Shown here: piece after piece, positions 21,173 through 31,831 of the stretch
Position numbering within the stretch: position 1 is the first letter of the stretch
Layout: each line of letters begins with the position of its first letter
NCBI GenBank assembly: GCA_965203295.1
Contig: CBDBCZ010000019.1
Coordinates: forward strand, 2,400,001-2,464,000
Length of the DNA stretch: 64,000 bases
Direction: 5' to 3'
DNA from: Nitrospirales bacterium
Lineage (GTDB): Bacteria > Nitrospirota > Nitrospiria > Nitrospirales > UBA8639
Translations under genes and position numbers: made by a program
Notes under the pieces: model-generated
The model's database searches: none
Seen by the model: only the letters and a program-made list of their open reading frames with translations
Told to the model about the DNA's origin: nothing

Positions 21173-22612
21173 TCAGGTTTCTCTCTTAAACAACCCACCA
21201 ATCAGCCGTTCCATACGCATACCACGCGACCCTTTTATCAAGACAGCATCGCCCGGTCGAACGAAGCCCTTTCCTGCCCTCGAAGCTTCCTCGATGTTTC
21301 GAGTCTCGACAATTTGCCCTGCTGGCATGCCTTTGGTCTTTGCTCCTCGGACATAGTCTTTGGCAAATGCCCCGCACGCTATCAAACCATCAACGCCCTG
21401 CTCGGCAACATATTCACCTATCTGGCGATGGAGATCCTTTTCGGATTGTCCTAATTCGAGCATATCTCCCAGAATGGCGATAGTCCGTTTCTCTCCTGCC
21501 ACATCAATTAACAGGTTGATCGCAACCTTCATCGAAGCTGGATTCGCATTATAGTAGTCATGTAAGAGTGTGACCCCATGAATTGTTTGCACTTGCGAAC
21601 GCATAGCAGCTGGGCGAAACCTTGAGAGACCAAAAGCCATCTTCCTTGCCGATACCCCCAGAACATGTCCCACCGCCAGAGTGGCAAGGGCGTTTGAAAC
21701 GTTATGCACTCCACGCACACCTACGGACATCAGACGGGAACGCGTAGAGTTCGGATACAGCACTCGAAAGGTTGACTTGCTGTTCAGTGATCTGACATCA
21801 CGAGCACGGATATGCGCCTTTGGAGAAAATCCAAAAGACACAACGGCACATTTGGCCCAGCTTCTTAAAAACTTAAAATAAGAATCATCAGCATTTAACA
21901 CGATCACGCCATCATTAGGGAGGCTAGCCAATAATTCGGCTTTCGCTCGTGCCGAGGCATCCAACGTTCGAAAATACTCGAGATGGTCAGGTCCGATGTT
22001 GGTAATGATGCCGTGAGTCGGTCTGGCAATTTCGCAAAGGCGTGCTGTTTGCCCTTCTTGATCGACCCCCATTTCGACAACCGCGACTTGGTGACGGGCA
22101 GTCAGCCTTAACAACGTTTGAGGCAACCCAATACTGTTATTGAGATTCCCTTTTGTCGAGAGGATTTGCCACTGAGCTTTCAATGTACTGGCTACCATTT
22201 CTTTTGTTGTTGTTTTGCCATTGCTCCCAGTGACAGCCACAACTGGGATATGAAATCGCTTCCGGTGAAAGGCCGCTAAATCCTGGTAAGCCCTTAAGGA
22301 ATCTTCAACTTCAATGAGCAGAGGCTGTGAAGTAGGTTGAAGGGATTGTCCAATCCGTAATCGAGAACGGGCACGTCGACCTTGAACCTTTTCTATTAAT
22401 GCTCCACTGGCTCCATGCATGAACGCATTCTCCAAAAAACGGTGCCCGTCGAAATTCGACCCTCTGAGGGCCACAAAGAAATCTCCATGACGAAGAATTC
22501 TTGTATCCGTGCATAATCGACGAATTCGTCTTCGAGCCGAACCGGACACCAGAGTTCCACCTGTCACTTGGAGAACCTCATCAAGCGAAAACGATGACAC
22601 GGCACCTCCCAT
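21173..22612 (-). CDS. murF: MurF ligase
   Basis: GSNGKTTTKE, GNLNNSIG, DYYNANPAS, GDMLELG, KGSRG. Confidence 0.96.
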   Translation of the reverse strand: MGGAVSSFSLDEVLQVTGGTLVSGSARRRIRRLCTDTRILRHGDFFVALRGSNFDGHRFLENAFMHGASGALIEKVQGRRARSRLRIGQSLQPTSQPLLIEVEDSLRAYQDLAAFHRKRFHIPVVAVTGSNGKTTTKEMVASTLKAQWQILSTKGNLNNSIGLPQTLLRLTARHQVAVVEMGVDQEGQTARLCEIARPTHGIITNIGPDHLEYFRTLDASARAKAELLASLPNDGVIVLNADDSYFKFLRSWAKCAVVSFGFSPKAHIRARDVRSLNSKSTFRVLYPNSTRSRLMSVGVRGVHNVSNALATLAVGHVLGVSARKMAFGLSRFRPAAMRSQVQTIHGVTLLHDYYNANPASMKVAINLLIDVAGEKRTIAILGDMLELGQSEKDLHRQIGEYVAEQGVDGLIACGAFAKDYVRGAKTKGMPAGQIVETRNIEEASRAGKGFVRPGDAVLIKGSRGMRMERLIGGLFKRET

Positions 22613-24139
22613 TCAAAGTCTTTTTCCGATAAGAGTCCGAAGGGCCTCTCGAGCAATTTCTCGATCATCAAAATGTAAACGTTGAGCCCCGATGAATTGG
22701 TAGTCCTCATGTCCTTTCCCAGCAATCAAGACGATATCATTCGACCGAGCCTCCTTCACGGCAGCCCAAATGGCCTCACCGCGGTCAGGAATGATCCGGT
22801 ATTTGGCTCGTGACACCTGAGGCACAGTCAAGAGGCCGTGCTCAATATCCTGCAGAATCGCCAAAGGGTCCTCACTTCGAGGATTATCAGAGGTTAAAAA
22901 AACCCTATCACTCTTTTCTGCGGCTACCCGACCCATTTGGGGCCGCTTACCTGGATCTCTATCGCCCCCACATCCAAACACTGTGATAATTCGACCTGTT
23001 TTCACTGTGTCTGCAACGGACAACAGCCGGGCCAGAGCATCCTCGGTATGGGCATAATCCACGATGACTGTAAAATCTTGTCCCTCTTCCAGGCGTTCAA
23101 AACGCCCAGGGACATTCTCAAATGAAGCAAGCCCTTGTTGAATACAATCAGGTGTGATACCTGCTGCTAATCCAGCCCCGACCGCGGCTAGAATATTGTA
23201 GATGTTCTGTTCTCCCACTAATGGAGAACGTACCGAAATTTCCCCATTGGGAGTCTCCGCCTTGAATTCACTTCCCTGAAGAGTCAGGCTGATATCCTTG
23301 GCCCTAATATCGGCTGAACTGCAGAGGCTGTAGGTCCACACTGGCACCTGACAACTTTCTCGAAGTCGCCTTCCCCACTCATCATCAATATTGATGATAG
23401 CCCGTTTCGGCCTATCTTTAAGATCGGGCCCGCTGATGTATTCTGTAAAAAGGCGACGCTTGGCATGGAAGTACTCTTCCATCGTTCCATGGAAATCCAG
23501 ATGGTCTTGAGTGAGATTGGTAAACACGACGAGGTCAAAGTCACAACCCTTGACTCTATCGAGGGTTAACGCATGTGAGGAAACCTCAAGAACAGCCGCA
23601 TTGATATGAGATGCAACCATCTTGGCCAAGAATCCTTGAAGTTCGACCGGACCGGGGGTCGTATGGGTAGCGGAGAAATATTCCGGACCGATGAAATTTC
23701 CCACAGTGCCCATGACCCCGACCTTTTGCCCACCAGACTCAAGTAAGGCCTTGATCAGATGGGTGACGGTCGTTTTTCCGTTAGTGCCTGTCACCCCGAT
23801 TAATTGAAGATGTTCAGAAGGGTGATGATGGAATTGGCTAGCCAACATTCCAAGCGTCGCCCGAGAATTTTGAACCCGCACGACCCCTATCGATTGAGCC
23901 GCCCCCGAAACCATCTGACGAATAGACTGAATCGGTCTATCGAGAACAATACCCACCGCCCCTTGAATCACAGCATTCCCCATGTGCTCATGCCCATCGG
24001 TCTTTTCTCCTTTCATGGCCACAAAGACACTCCCTCCTCGTACCATTCGTGAATCGTCTGTCACATCGAGGACTTCTGCCTCCAGATTTCCTTCTTGTTC
24101 AAGAATCTCGACTGAAGAGAGCAATTCTGCCATCATCAT
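22613..24139 (-). CDS. murE: MurE ligase (meso-DAP type)
   Basis: GTNGKTT, EVSSH, DHLDFH, DYAHT, DNPR, AGKGHE. Confidence 0.96.
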   Translation of the reverse strand: MMMAELLSSVEILEQEGNLEAEVLDVTDDSRMVRGGSVFVAMKGEKTDGHEHMGNAVIQGAVGIVLDRPIQSIRQMVSGAAQSIGVVRVQNSRATLGMLASQFHHHPSEHLQLIGVTGTNGKTTVTHLIKALLESGGQKVGVMGTVGNFIGPEYFSATHTTPGPVELQGFLAKMVASHINAAVLEVSSHALTLDRVKGCDFDLVVFTNLTQDHLDFHGTMEEYFHAKRRLFTEYISGPDLKDRPKRAIINIDDEWGRRLRESCQVPVWTYSLCSSADIRAKDISLTLQGSEFKAETPNGEISVRSPLVGEQNIYNILAAVGAGLAAGITPDCIQQGLASFENVPGRFERLEEGQDFTVIVDYAHTEDALARLLSVADTVKTGRIITVFGCGGDRDPGKRPQMGRVAAEKSDRVFLTSDNPRSEDPLAILQDIEHGLLTVPQVSRAKYRIIPDRGEAIWAAVKEARSNDIVLIAGKGHEDYQFIGAQRLHFDDREIAREALRTLIGKRL

Positions 24140-24177
24140 GACTCGACTATCTGTGCATAGACCACAGGAACATAGGA

Positions 24178-25926
24178 CTACCACACTCTGGCAATCTTGA
24201 TCCCTGCGGACTCTTGCCAAGGAGAGATTTGGAAATGTCTAAGCACTTGTTCTGCCACTTGACGGAACACTGGTGCTGCAACTAGGCCACCCCACCCAGG
24301 CCCTTGAGGCTCATCAATGAGGACCAAAATGGTCACTTTGGGCTCTTCGGCCGGGACAAATCCCACAAAAGAACTCACGAGTTGCGTAGAAGAATACTGA
24401 CCGGTTTTCGGATCAACCTTTTGCGCTGTTCCTGTTTTTCCTGCCACACTATAATGAGGGATCGCGGCTCGCCTCCCCGTTCCCTTTTCCACAGCATTGG
24501 TCATCAGGGCAATGAGCGTTTTGGCGGTTTGATCCAAGATCGGTCTTCTCCGAACTTCTGGGCTTCGGGACCATTGAAGATTGCCTTGTGCATCACGAAC
24601 TTCTTTGACGACATAAGGCTTCATCAACCACCCCTGATTGGCAATAGCTGAAACAGCCGTTGTCATTTGTAAGGGCGTGACTCCAATTTCCTGACCAATG
24701 GCCAGTGAGGCTAACGTCCGCTTTCCCCATTCTTTGGGTGGCTTCAACAGCCCAGCCGATTCCCCAGGCAGATCAACTTCAGTCCGTTCTCCAAAACCAA
24801 ATGCACGAAAATATCGATGCAACCGTTCCTTTCCCAACGATAAGGCAATCTTCACTGAAGCGACATTACTCGACCTCGTCAGGGCTTCTTCAAACGTTAA
24901 CCAACCAGCTTTCTGATGATCATGAATAACGGTTCCACTAATTGGTATTTCTCCATCGCCTGCATAAATTAAGGTTCCTGGTTCAAATTCCTTTTCCTCC
25001 AATGCCGCAGCGGCAACGACCATCTTCATGGTGGACCCTGGTTCATAAGGATCCGTCACCGCACGATTCCGCCAGATGTCAGGGCTCACAGAATGGCGGC
25101 GATTAGGGTCGAACGTCGGCCGGAGGGCCCAACCCAAAATAGCTCCCGTTTGAGGATCCATGACAATAATAATCCCACCACGCGCTTGATTCTCTTTCAC
25201 GGCAGCATCTAGGGCTTGCTCGGCAATAAATTGGATCACTTCATCCACGGTCAGGGTTACCGTATTCCCTGCTGCCATGGAACGATTCATCTGCTCTTGA
25301 AGGAGAATGGTTCGCCCAAACCCATCTCGTTGTAGACGAATTTTTCTGATATCTCCACGAAGATAAGATTCATACTGATTCTCAATTCCTTCCAATCCCT
25401 GGCTATCAATTCCTGCAAATCCAAGCGCATGTGAGAGCAATTCTCCTTTAGGATAAAACCGGTGCTTTTCCCACACAAGCCCTAACCCATTTTCACCAAG
25501 CGCACTGATCCTCTCGGCCTCCTGCTTTCCGATTTTCCGCTTGATCCACACAAAGTCGCGACGTTGACGAAGGCGATCTTCTAGGGTTTCGGGAGAGAGG
25601 TCTAGGATTTTTGAGAGTTGCTGAGCTCTCCTGTGGGGATCATCAATTTCCGAAGGATGAGCAAAAACTGATGGGACATCGACATTGAGCGCCAAGGCTC
25701 GCCCCTGACTATCTTGAATCAATCCACGGCTAGGATTGAGTGCCACGACTTTGTGATGCTGGCGGGCTGCTCGACTTGTCATTTCACTGCCATTGAGGAT
25801 CTGAAGCTGAAACAATCGTAACAAGACAATCACAAACCCCATGATCAGGATGGCTGATATCACCACCAACCGTCCTGAATAAGAATTGGTCACAGCGGGC
25901 ACTTGATGCTGAGGTCTTGATTTCAT
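24178..25926 (-). CDS. ftsI: class B PBP FtsI
   Basis: STMK (SxxK), SSN, KTGT; N-terminal TM helix. Confidence 0.95.
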   Translation of the reverse strand: MKSRPQHQVPAVTNSYSGRLVVISAILIMGFVIVLLRLFQLQILNGSEMTSRAARQHHKVVALNPSRGLIQDSQGRALALNVDVPSVFAHPSEIDDPHRRAQQLSKILDLSPETLEDRLRQRRDFVWIKRKIGKQEAERISALGENGLGLVWEKHRFYPKGELLSHALGFAGIDSQGLEGIENQYESYLRGDIRKIRLQRDGFGRTILLQEQMNRSMAAGNTVTLTVDEVIQFIAEQALDAAVKENQARGGIIIVMDPQTGAILGWALRPTFDPNRRHSVSPDIWRNRAVTDPYEPGSTMKMVVAAAALEEKEFEPGTLIYAGDGEIPISGTVIHDHQKAGWLTFEEALTRSSNVASVKIALSLGKERLHRYFRAFGFGERTEVDLPGESAGLLKPPKEWGKRTLASLAIGQEIGVTPLQMTTAVSAIANQGWLMKPYVVKEVRDAQGNLQWSRSPEVRRRPILDQTAKTLIALMTNAVEKGTGRRAAIPHYSVAGKTGTAQKVDPKTGQYSSTQLVSSFVGFVPAEEPKVTILVLIDEPQGPGWGGLVAAPVFRQVAEQVLRHFQISPWQESAGIKIARVW

Positions 25927-26258
25927 TGAGCGTTGAGTTTTTGAGCCACTCGTATTACCCCAGATTCCTTTGGATCTGGGGTGGAGCCAAAGGGTTTTGT
26001 TCGAACCAAAATAATCTGCCCTGGGCCGGGGACTCTCATCCCTAACTTGTCTTTGGCTTCTCGGGCTATTCGGTCAGGCGCCATTAATTGAGAAATCCGT
26101 AACCGCAAGACCTCCTGGTCACGTTCTAATACGACTTTTTTCTTGGATAACTCCTCCAGACGATATCCAACTCGTACAATATCCATTTTTCCCCACACAT
26201 AAAGGAGAACACCGACCCCTAAGACGAGGGAAAGGATGAGGATCAGACTATGCTTCAT
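25923..26258 (-). CDS. ftsL: cell division protein FtsL
   Basis: TM helix plus coiled coil, RIAREAKDKLGMRVP; between rsmH and ftsI. Confidence 0.85.
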   Translation of the reverse strand: MKHSLILILSLVLGVGVLLYVWGKMDIVRVGYRLEELSKKKVVLERDQEVLRLRISQLMAPDRIAREAKDKLGMRVPGPGQIILVRTKPFGSTPDPKESGVIRVAQKLNAQ

Positions 26259-26280
26259 GGATCGCTCCTTGATTTCCAGA

Positions 26281-27234
26281 TCACTGAGTTGCTCTGCGTT
26301 GTGCGACTCGAAGCTTGGCACTTCGGGCTCTCGGGTTTGATTTTCTTTCATTAATCGAGGCCACGCATGGTTTTTTAGTCAAAATCGTGAGTAACGGATC
26401 GTCCCTTTTTGAAAGAGCGCGAAAGGTGGTTTTGACGATACGGTCCTCCAGCGAATGAAAGGAAATGACACAAAGTCTCCCACCAGGGGCAAGTAATTGG
26501 GCGGCATCAAGAAGCGTCGGCTCTAACACATCGAGTTCGCGGTTGACAGCAATCCGTAATGCCTGAAACGTTCTTGTCGCACAGTGAATATGTCCTGAAC
26601 GGTAGGGAGCAGGAACCGCCTTCCAAACAATCTCTTTGAGTTCAGAAGTGGTTTGAAGTGGGAAAAATTTTCTGGTCTCCACAACTGCCCGGGCAATTCG
26701 TCGTGAATACCGTTCTTCTCCGAATCTGAAAAGGATCGAAACGAGTTCATTTTCTGGAACAGTATTCACCAATTCACCAGCGGTGACAGGAGTACCAGAA
26801 GTCATACGCATATCCAATGGGCCATTCTCCATGAAACTAAACCCGCGTTCTGGTGTATCCAACTGAACTGAGGAAATTCCCAAATCAAGCACGATTCCAT
26901 CGACCTGAGACAAGTCCTCTTCCTCTGCGATCGCCCTTAGGTTCTCAAAATTTCGACAAACCAGTTTGACCCTCGATGAAAAGACATCCAATCGTTTCTT
27001 AGCCAATTCGATAGCCTGAGGATCCTGATCAATACCAAGTAATCTTCCTCCTGGGGAACTTTTCTCAAGAATAAAAAAAGCTGTTCCCCCTCCCCCAATC
27101 GTACAATCAACGTAGGACCCACAGGATTGGGGGTCTAACCAGGATAATAACTCCTGGACTAACACGGGTTTGTGAGAAAAACCGCTATAGTTTTCTTGTT
27201 TTATAGCTATCCACTTTCTCCCATAGTTTACCAC
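26281..27234 (-). CDS. rsmH: 16S rRNA m4C1402 methyltransferase
   Basis: HKPVL, DLGISS.QLD..ERGFSF, FQALRIAVN, SFHSLEDRIVK, NPRARSAKLR; start uncertain (GTG lies within the MraZ-like boxes). Confidence 0.96.
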   Translation of the reverse strand: MVNYGRKWIAIKQENYSGFSHKPVLVQELLSWLDPQSCGSYVDCTIGGGGTAFFILEKSSPGGRLLGIDQDPQAIELAKKRLDVFSSRVKLVCRNFENLRAIAEEEDLSQVDGIVLDLGISSVQLDTPERGFSFMENGPLDMRMTSGTPVTAGELVNTVPENELVSILFRFGEERYSRRIARAVVETRKFFPLQTTSELKEIVWKAVPAPYRSGHIHCATRTFQALRIAVNRELDVLEPTLLDAAQLLAPGGRLCVISFHSLEDRIVKTTFRALSKRDDPLLTILTKKPCVASINERKSNPRARSAKLRVAQRRATQ

Positions 27235-27271
27235 TTATTACTGAATATACTTCCCTGCCCAGCCTTGTCAA
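27211..27271 (-). promoter_or_regulatory. dcw promoter with MraZ-like direct repeats
   Basis: TTGACA (27271-27266), 16 nt, TATATT (27249-27244), then GTGG-N6-ATGG-N6-GTGG (27234-27211) with 10-bp periodicity. Confidence 0.65.
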
Positions 27272-27430
27272 GCTAAAATTATGAGAAAATGTGGTTTATT
27301 TTTCTGATGTTAGGGTCGGAACAGATGGTCTTCGGTAAGGGAAATTTTAGGTTTGCACGGTAGGGAACGATACTTATTGCACAGAATAATGAGGAATTCC
27401 ACGGACCCATTTCTGTCTTGGACCATGAAT

Positions 27431-28732
27431 TTAGGGGTACAGACGATACAGCATTCTGGGGAATGGAATGGTTTCACGCACGTGATCCAATCCGCATATC
27501 CATGCCACGACCCGCTCTATTCCCATGCCAAAACCAGAATGCGGCACTGACCCATATTGTCGTAAATCTAAATACCAACGAAACGCTTCTTCGGAAAGAT
27601 CATGATCTTGAAGTCGTTGCCTGAGCTTGTCATATTCATGAATTCTTTGGCCCCCACCAATGATTTCTCCATACCCCTCGGGTGCTAATATATCCATACA
27701 TAAAGCCAGGTCAGGGCGATCCTCGTCTGTTTGCATGTAAAATGCTTTAATCGCTGCTGGATACCGATGAACGATAACAGGCTTATCGAATTCCTGAGAG
27801 AGGGTGGTTTCATCCTCAGCCCCAAAATCATCTCCAGGTTGAATTGACGATCCCTTGGCCTTCAAATGGTCGACCGCCTCTTCGTACGTTAACCGGGGAA
27901 AGGGGGGAATGATCATTTCTAATTTTGAAACGTCTCGGCCCAAGGTTTTGAGCTCTTCCTGACAATGTTCTAATACACCTCGAACAACATCAGCGACCAG
28001 CATCTCAGCTAATCCCATCACATCAGCTAATTCGGCAAAGGCAACTTCGGGTTCAACCATCCAAAATTCCATAAGATGACGTCTGGTTTTTGACTTCTCT
28101 GCACGAAAAGTCGGGCCGAAACAATACACCTTTCCAAACGCAGCTGCTGCGGCTTCGTCGTAGAGCTGCCCACTTTGAGCAAGGTAAGCAGTCTGTTCAA
28201 AGTATTCAGTTTGAAAGAGGGTCGTCGTCCCTTCACATGCATTGGGAGTAAAGATGGGAGTATCAACAAGCATAAACCCCTGGTCGTCAAAGAAATTCCG
28301 GCACCGACGAATGATTTCATGGCGAATCTTCAGGGCAGCCCATTGACGGGCTGAACGAATCCAGAGATGCCGATGATCCATGAGAAACCCAACGCCGTGT
28401 TCCTTCGGTTGAATAGGAAAAGGCTCCGCAATTTGAAAAATTTCCATTGTTTCGACATCCAATTCATAGCCCCCAGGTGCACGAGCATCCGCCCGAAGTC
28501 GCCCATTGAGCATGAGGGAAGATTCCTGAGTTAATTGCGATACGGCCTTAAACGTCTCGTCTCCAATGGTTCCTTTATTGACAATCGCTTGAAGTTCTCC
28601 GCTTCCATCTCTCAAAGTAAGAAATTGTAATTTTCCGCTCGACCGGTGATGCCGAATCCACCCTCGGACGATGACTTGTTGGCCAGAAAACTGTGGAGCT
28701 TGATTGATCGAAATTATCGGAATATCGGTCAT
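27431..28732 (-). CDS. asnS: asparagine--tRNA ligase
   Basis: OB-fold [53 protein letters not shown]. Confidence 0.95.
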   Translation of the reverse strand: MTDIPIISINQAPQFSGQQVIVRGWIRHHRSSGKLQFLTLRDGSGELQAIVNKGTIGDETFKAVSQLTQESSLMLNGRLRADARAPGGYELDVETMEIFQIAEPFPIQPKEHGVGFLMDHRHLWIRSARQWAALKIRHEIIRRCRNFFDDQGFMLVDTPIFTPNACEGTTTLFQTEYFEQTAYLAQSGQLYDEAAAAAFGKVYCFGPTFRAEKSKTRRHLMEFWMVEPEVAFAELADVMGLAEMLVADVVRGVLEHCQEELKTLGRDVSKLEMIIPPFPRLTYEEAVDHLKAKGSSIQPGDDFGAEDETTLSQEFDKPVIVHRYPAAIKAFYMQTDEDRPDLALCMDILAPEGYGEIIGGGQRIHEYDKLRQRLQDHDLSEEAFRWYLDLRQYGSVPHSGFGMGIERVVAWICGLDHVRETIPFPRMLYRLYP

Positions 28733-28978
28733 AGACGTCCTAAAAAGTAAAAGGTGTGTTGACAAATCACTGGGAAGGTACGCTATCCAAAAGGCTGCGT
28801 GTTTTCAAGTGTTTTCCTGCTTTATTGAGGAATCATCGCCGAAAAGTCTCAACGCTAGACCATGCGCTTACACAAGGGCAAATGGAGCGGCCACGATCAG
28901 CCTGACTTCGTGCCGAACAAATTTGACACACTCAGAATAGGGAGACTATGATGGTTTTTTAGACAGGAGGCCAAGCGT

Positions 28979-29299
28979 ATGAGTTATACCATTACTGTTC
29001 GGGAATTAAAGGATCGGATGGACAAAGGAGATAGCGTCTTTCTCCTTGATGTTCGTGAACCCCATGAGTATTCCATGTGCAAAATTGAAGGGTCCGTGTT
29101 AATTCCATTGGGCACAATTCCCCAATCTCTGGATAAACTCGATCCCCAAACTGAAATCGTCGCCTATTGTCATAAGGGAATGAGAAGTGCAGACGCGGTA
29201 GGATTTCTGGTTCAACAGGGATTTCCCAACGTCAAGAATCTTATTGGCGGGATTGAGGCGTGGTCCATTGAAATTGACCCTTCAGTTCCTCGCTATTGA
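28979..29299 (+). CDS. rhodanese-domain protein
   Basis: LLDVREPHEY, YCHKGMRS, NLIGGIEAW; AGGAGG RBS. Confidence 0.92.
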   Translation: MSYTITVRELKDRMDKGDSVFLLDVREPHEYSMCKIEGSVLIPLGTIPQSLDKLDPQTEIVAYCHKGMRSADAVGFLVQQGFPNVKNLIGGIEAWSIEIDPSVPRY

Positions 29300-29318
29300 A
29301 TGATCACCTTCCCCGTTC

Positions 29319-30269
29319 TCAGCGGGAGAAACGCACTTTTCCCTTTTGTGAGACTTGCGCTTTAAAAAAATCCACCGTGGCGGCTAAACTCTCCTGAAGA
29401 GAAACCGACGGTTCCCACTCCAATCTATCCCGAAGTTTTGTTGAATCCAACTTGCTCCGAAGTTGCTCTCCTTTTTTTTCGGGCCCATGGATTTCCTTAC
29501 ATGAAGATCCGGTTGATTGTTTTAAATAGTGAAAAATTTCATTGACAGAGGTTTCTTGACTGGTCCCGACATTGTAAATACCCTCCACCTCCGGATCTAA
29601 CGCACCAAGCATCGCATTCACGACATCCTCGACAAAGACATAGTCCCGGGTTTGTAACCCATTCCCATTGATCAATGGCTGCTCTTCGTTCAACATCTTC
29701 TTCGTAAATATCGCCACGACCCCTGCCTCTCCTTCTGGTTCCTGTCGTGGCCCATACACATTGCCCAAGCGAAAGGCGGCAAACGACATGCCTTTGACAT
29801 AGTGGTAGTAGGCGAGATAATGCTCCCCAGCTAGCTTACTGATACCGTAAGGGGACAATGGACATGTCGTGTGAGTTTCTGATGCCGGAAAGGTTTCTTG
29901 TTCACCATACACAGCTCCCCCCGAAGACGCGAAAATGATTTTTCGTGTCCCATGCCGAATGGCGGATTCCAATAAGTTAATCATACCTAGAATATTGACT
30001 CTCGCATCAAAGGCAGGATCATCCGTCGAGTGTCGTACACTGATTTGAGCAGCCATATGGAAAATAACCATGGGACGTTCTTTCTTAAACACACGTTCCA
30101 AACGCCAACTTTCAAGATCAACCTTGTACAACGATGCCGCTTTATGGACATTCTTGCGCTTGCCCGTTGAAAGATTATCAACCACGACAACTTGATGTCC
30201 TTCCTGAATCAATCGATCAACCACATGTGACCCAATGAACCCGGCACCACCTGTGACAAGAACTTTCAT
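29319..30269 (-). CDS. NAD-dependent epimerase/dehydratase (UDP-glucose 4-epimerase-like)
   Basis: TGGAGFIGSH, SSGGAVYG, YGISK, NVYGPRQ. Confidence 0.92.
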   Translation of the reverse strand: MKVLVTGGAGFIGSHVVDRLIQEGHQVVVVDNLSTGKRKNVHKAASLYKVDLESWRLERVFKKERPMVIFHMAAQISVRHSTDDPAFDARVNILGMINLLESAIRHGTRKIIFASSGGAVYGEQETFPASETHTTCPLSPYGISKLAGEHYLAYYHYVKGMSFAAFRLGNVYGPRQEPEGEAGVVAIFTKKMLNEEQPLINGNGLQTRDYVFVEDVVNAMLGALDPEVEGIYNVGTSQETSVNEIFHYLKQSTGSSCKEIHGPEKKGEQLRSKLDSTKLRDRLEWEPSVSLQESLAATVDFFKAQVSQKGKVRFSR

Positions 30270-30476
30270 AGATTCCTTCTTTCTGATGGGCAGCGAATCA
30301 ACTTCGTCAAATTGAGTTTTGAGAGGTTACCATATGACCTATTTGAAAAGCTCTCTGAAAGAATGTTGCCCAGAAGGACAAGAGACCTTCAACTCGGCAA
30401 CACCATCTTCGACCTCGAAAACAAGGAACCATTCCAGAGCTCGCTCGTTGACTCTCCACTCACCACATTTCATCGT

Positions 30477-31250
30477 CTATGCATTGACCCAACGGAACCC
30501 GACCAGCACTTCACGGTTTCCTTTTCGCCCCACAACGGGAGAGTCAAGCCACCCGATACGTTGAAAACCGAGTGTTTCCCCAAAACAAAGAATTTGCTCA
30601 ACGACCTCCAGCCGTTGGGTCTCATCTCGCACAATCCCCCCTCGTCCTACTTTTCCTTTTCCAACCTCAAACTGAGGTTTCACTAACGCGACGATTATCG
30701 CCGCTTCCGCCAGAAAGCGTGTAAGACATGGAAGGACCAGCTTCAATGAAATAAAGGAGACATCAATCACAGCCACACGGATGGGATCGGGGATAACATT
30801 CGGATCAAGATAACGAATATTGCATCGATCCAAGACAACTACTCGAGGATCTCTCCTGATTTTCCAATCGAGTTGTCCATACCCGACATCAACCGCGTAC
30901 ACTCGACTTGCCCCTTGTTGTAAAAGGCAATCCGTAAACCCACCCGTTGACGCTCCTACATCTAACGCAATCACTTCTTGGCAATCGACTTGAAATTCTT
31001 CAAGCGCTGCAGCTAATTTTCCGCCACCACGGCTGACAAAAGGAAGAGAGGAATTCTTCACCTCAAGGGTTGTGTCTGGCTCCACCAATTTTCCCCGTTT
31101 ATCGATCGTGACGCCATCAACTTTGACCAAACCAGCCATGATGAGACGACTGGCTTGTTCGCGGCTTGGGACAAGGCCTCGAGCCACTAAAACTCCGTCT
31201 AATCGCTGCTTCGAGGAATTCAAATGTTGGCCCATGGATCTGCTAATCAA
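30477..31250 (-). CDS. tlyA: TlyA family rRNA 2'-O-methyltransferase
   Basis: S4 domain, FVSRGGGKL, DVGASTGGFTDCLL, DVSFISL, KPQFE, GNRE. Confidence 0.95.
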   Translation of the reverse strand: MISRSMGQHLNSSKQRLDGVLVARGLVPSREQASRLIMAGLVKVDGVTIDKRGKLVEPDTTLEVKNSSLPFVSRGGGKLAAALEEFQVDCQEVIALDVGASTGGFTDCLLQQGASRVYAVDVGYGQLDWKIRRDPRVVVLDRCNIRYLDPNVIPDPIRVAVIDVSFISLKLVLPCLTRFLAEAAIIVALVKPQFEVGKGKVGRGGIVRDETQRLEVVEQILCFGETLGFQRIGWLDSPVVGRKGNREVLVGFRWVNA

Positions 31251-31314
31251 TGAGAAAAGGGGAGAGGGACCGTGATGGTCTCAGAAGAGTCACAATTGGT
31301 CAGGATAATCGGGG

Positions 31315-31569
31315 TCAAACTGAGGAGTTGCCATTTTCAGACTCATCATCAAGGGTAAACGCTTGAATTCGTTTTTTCCCATCTTTTTCCCGAACCAGAA
31401 TTTCAATTTTCCGTTCTGCATCATCAAGTATCTTGAGACATGTTTTAGAGAGTTTGATGCCCTCTTCAAAAATTTTCAAAGAATCGTCCAAGGGCAAGTC
31501 CCCCTTTTCCAGTTCGGCAACGATAGTTTCGAGCCTTGAGAGGGCGTCTTCAAATTTCAATCCAGCCAT
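31315..31569 (-). CDS. xseB: exodeoxyribonuclease VII small subunit
   Basis: FEDALSRLETIVAELEKGDLPLDDSLKIFEEG. Confidence 0.95.
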   Translation of the reverse strand: MAGLKFEDALSRLETIVAELEKGDLPLDDSLKIFEEGIKLSKTCLKILDDAERKIEILVREKDGKKRIQAFTLDDESENGNSSV

Positions 31570-31695
31570 CGCATTCTCAATTGAGTCAGCTGAGACTCCG
31601 CTTTGTACCTATTTGTACCTACTATCGGCCAGTGGGTTTTGACACCGACATGTTTTTCTCATCTTTGCCAGAGCTCATTCCCTCAAAGTCGTGGC

Positions 31696-31723
31696 ATTAT
31701 ACGCTACAAGAAAAGGAGGTCAA
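31696..31723 (-). promoter_or_regulatory. sigma70-type promoter upstream of xseB
   Basis: TTGACC-N16-TATAAT on the minus strand. Confidence 0.55.
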
Positions 31724-31831
31724 GACATTGCAGAGTTATGCGAGATCGACTAGCCTGAGGGATCATGTTTGCTAAGAAGGCAATGGGATTCCTCTATAAG
31801 ACTTCTGGTATCCCAAAGACCAAAAAACGGT

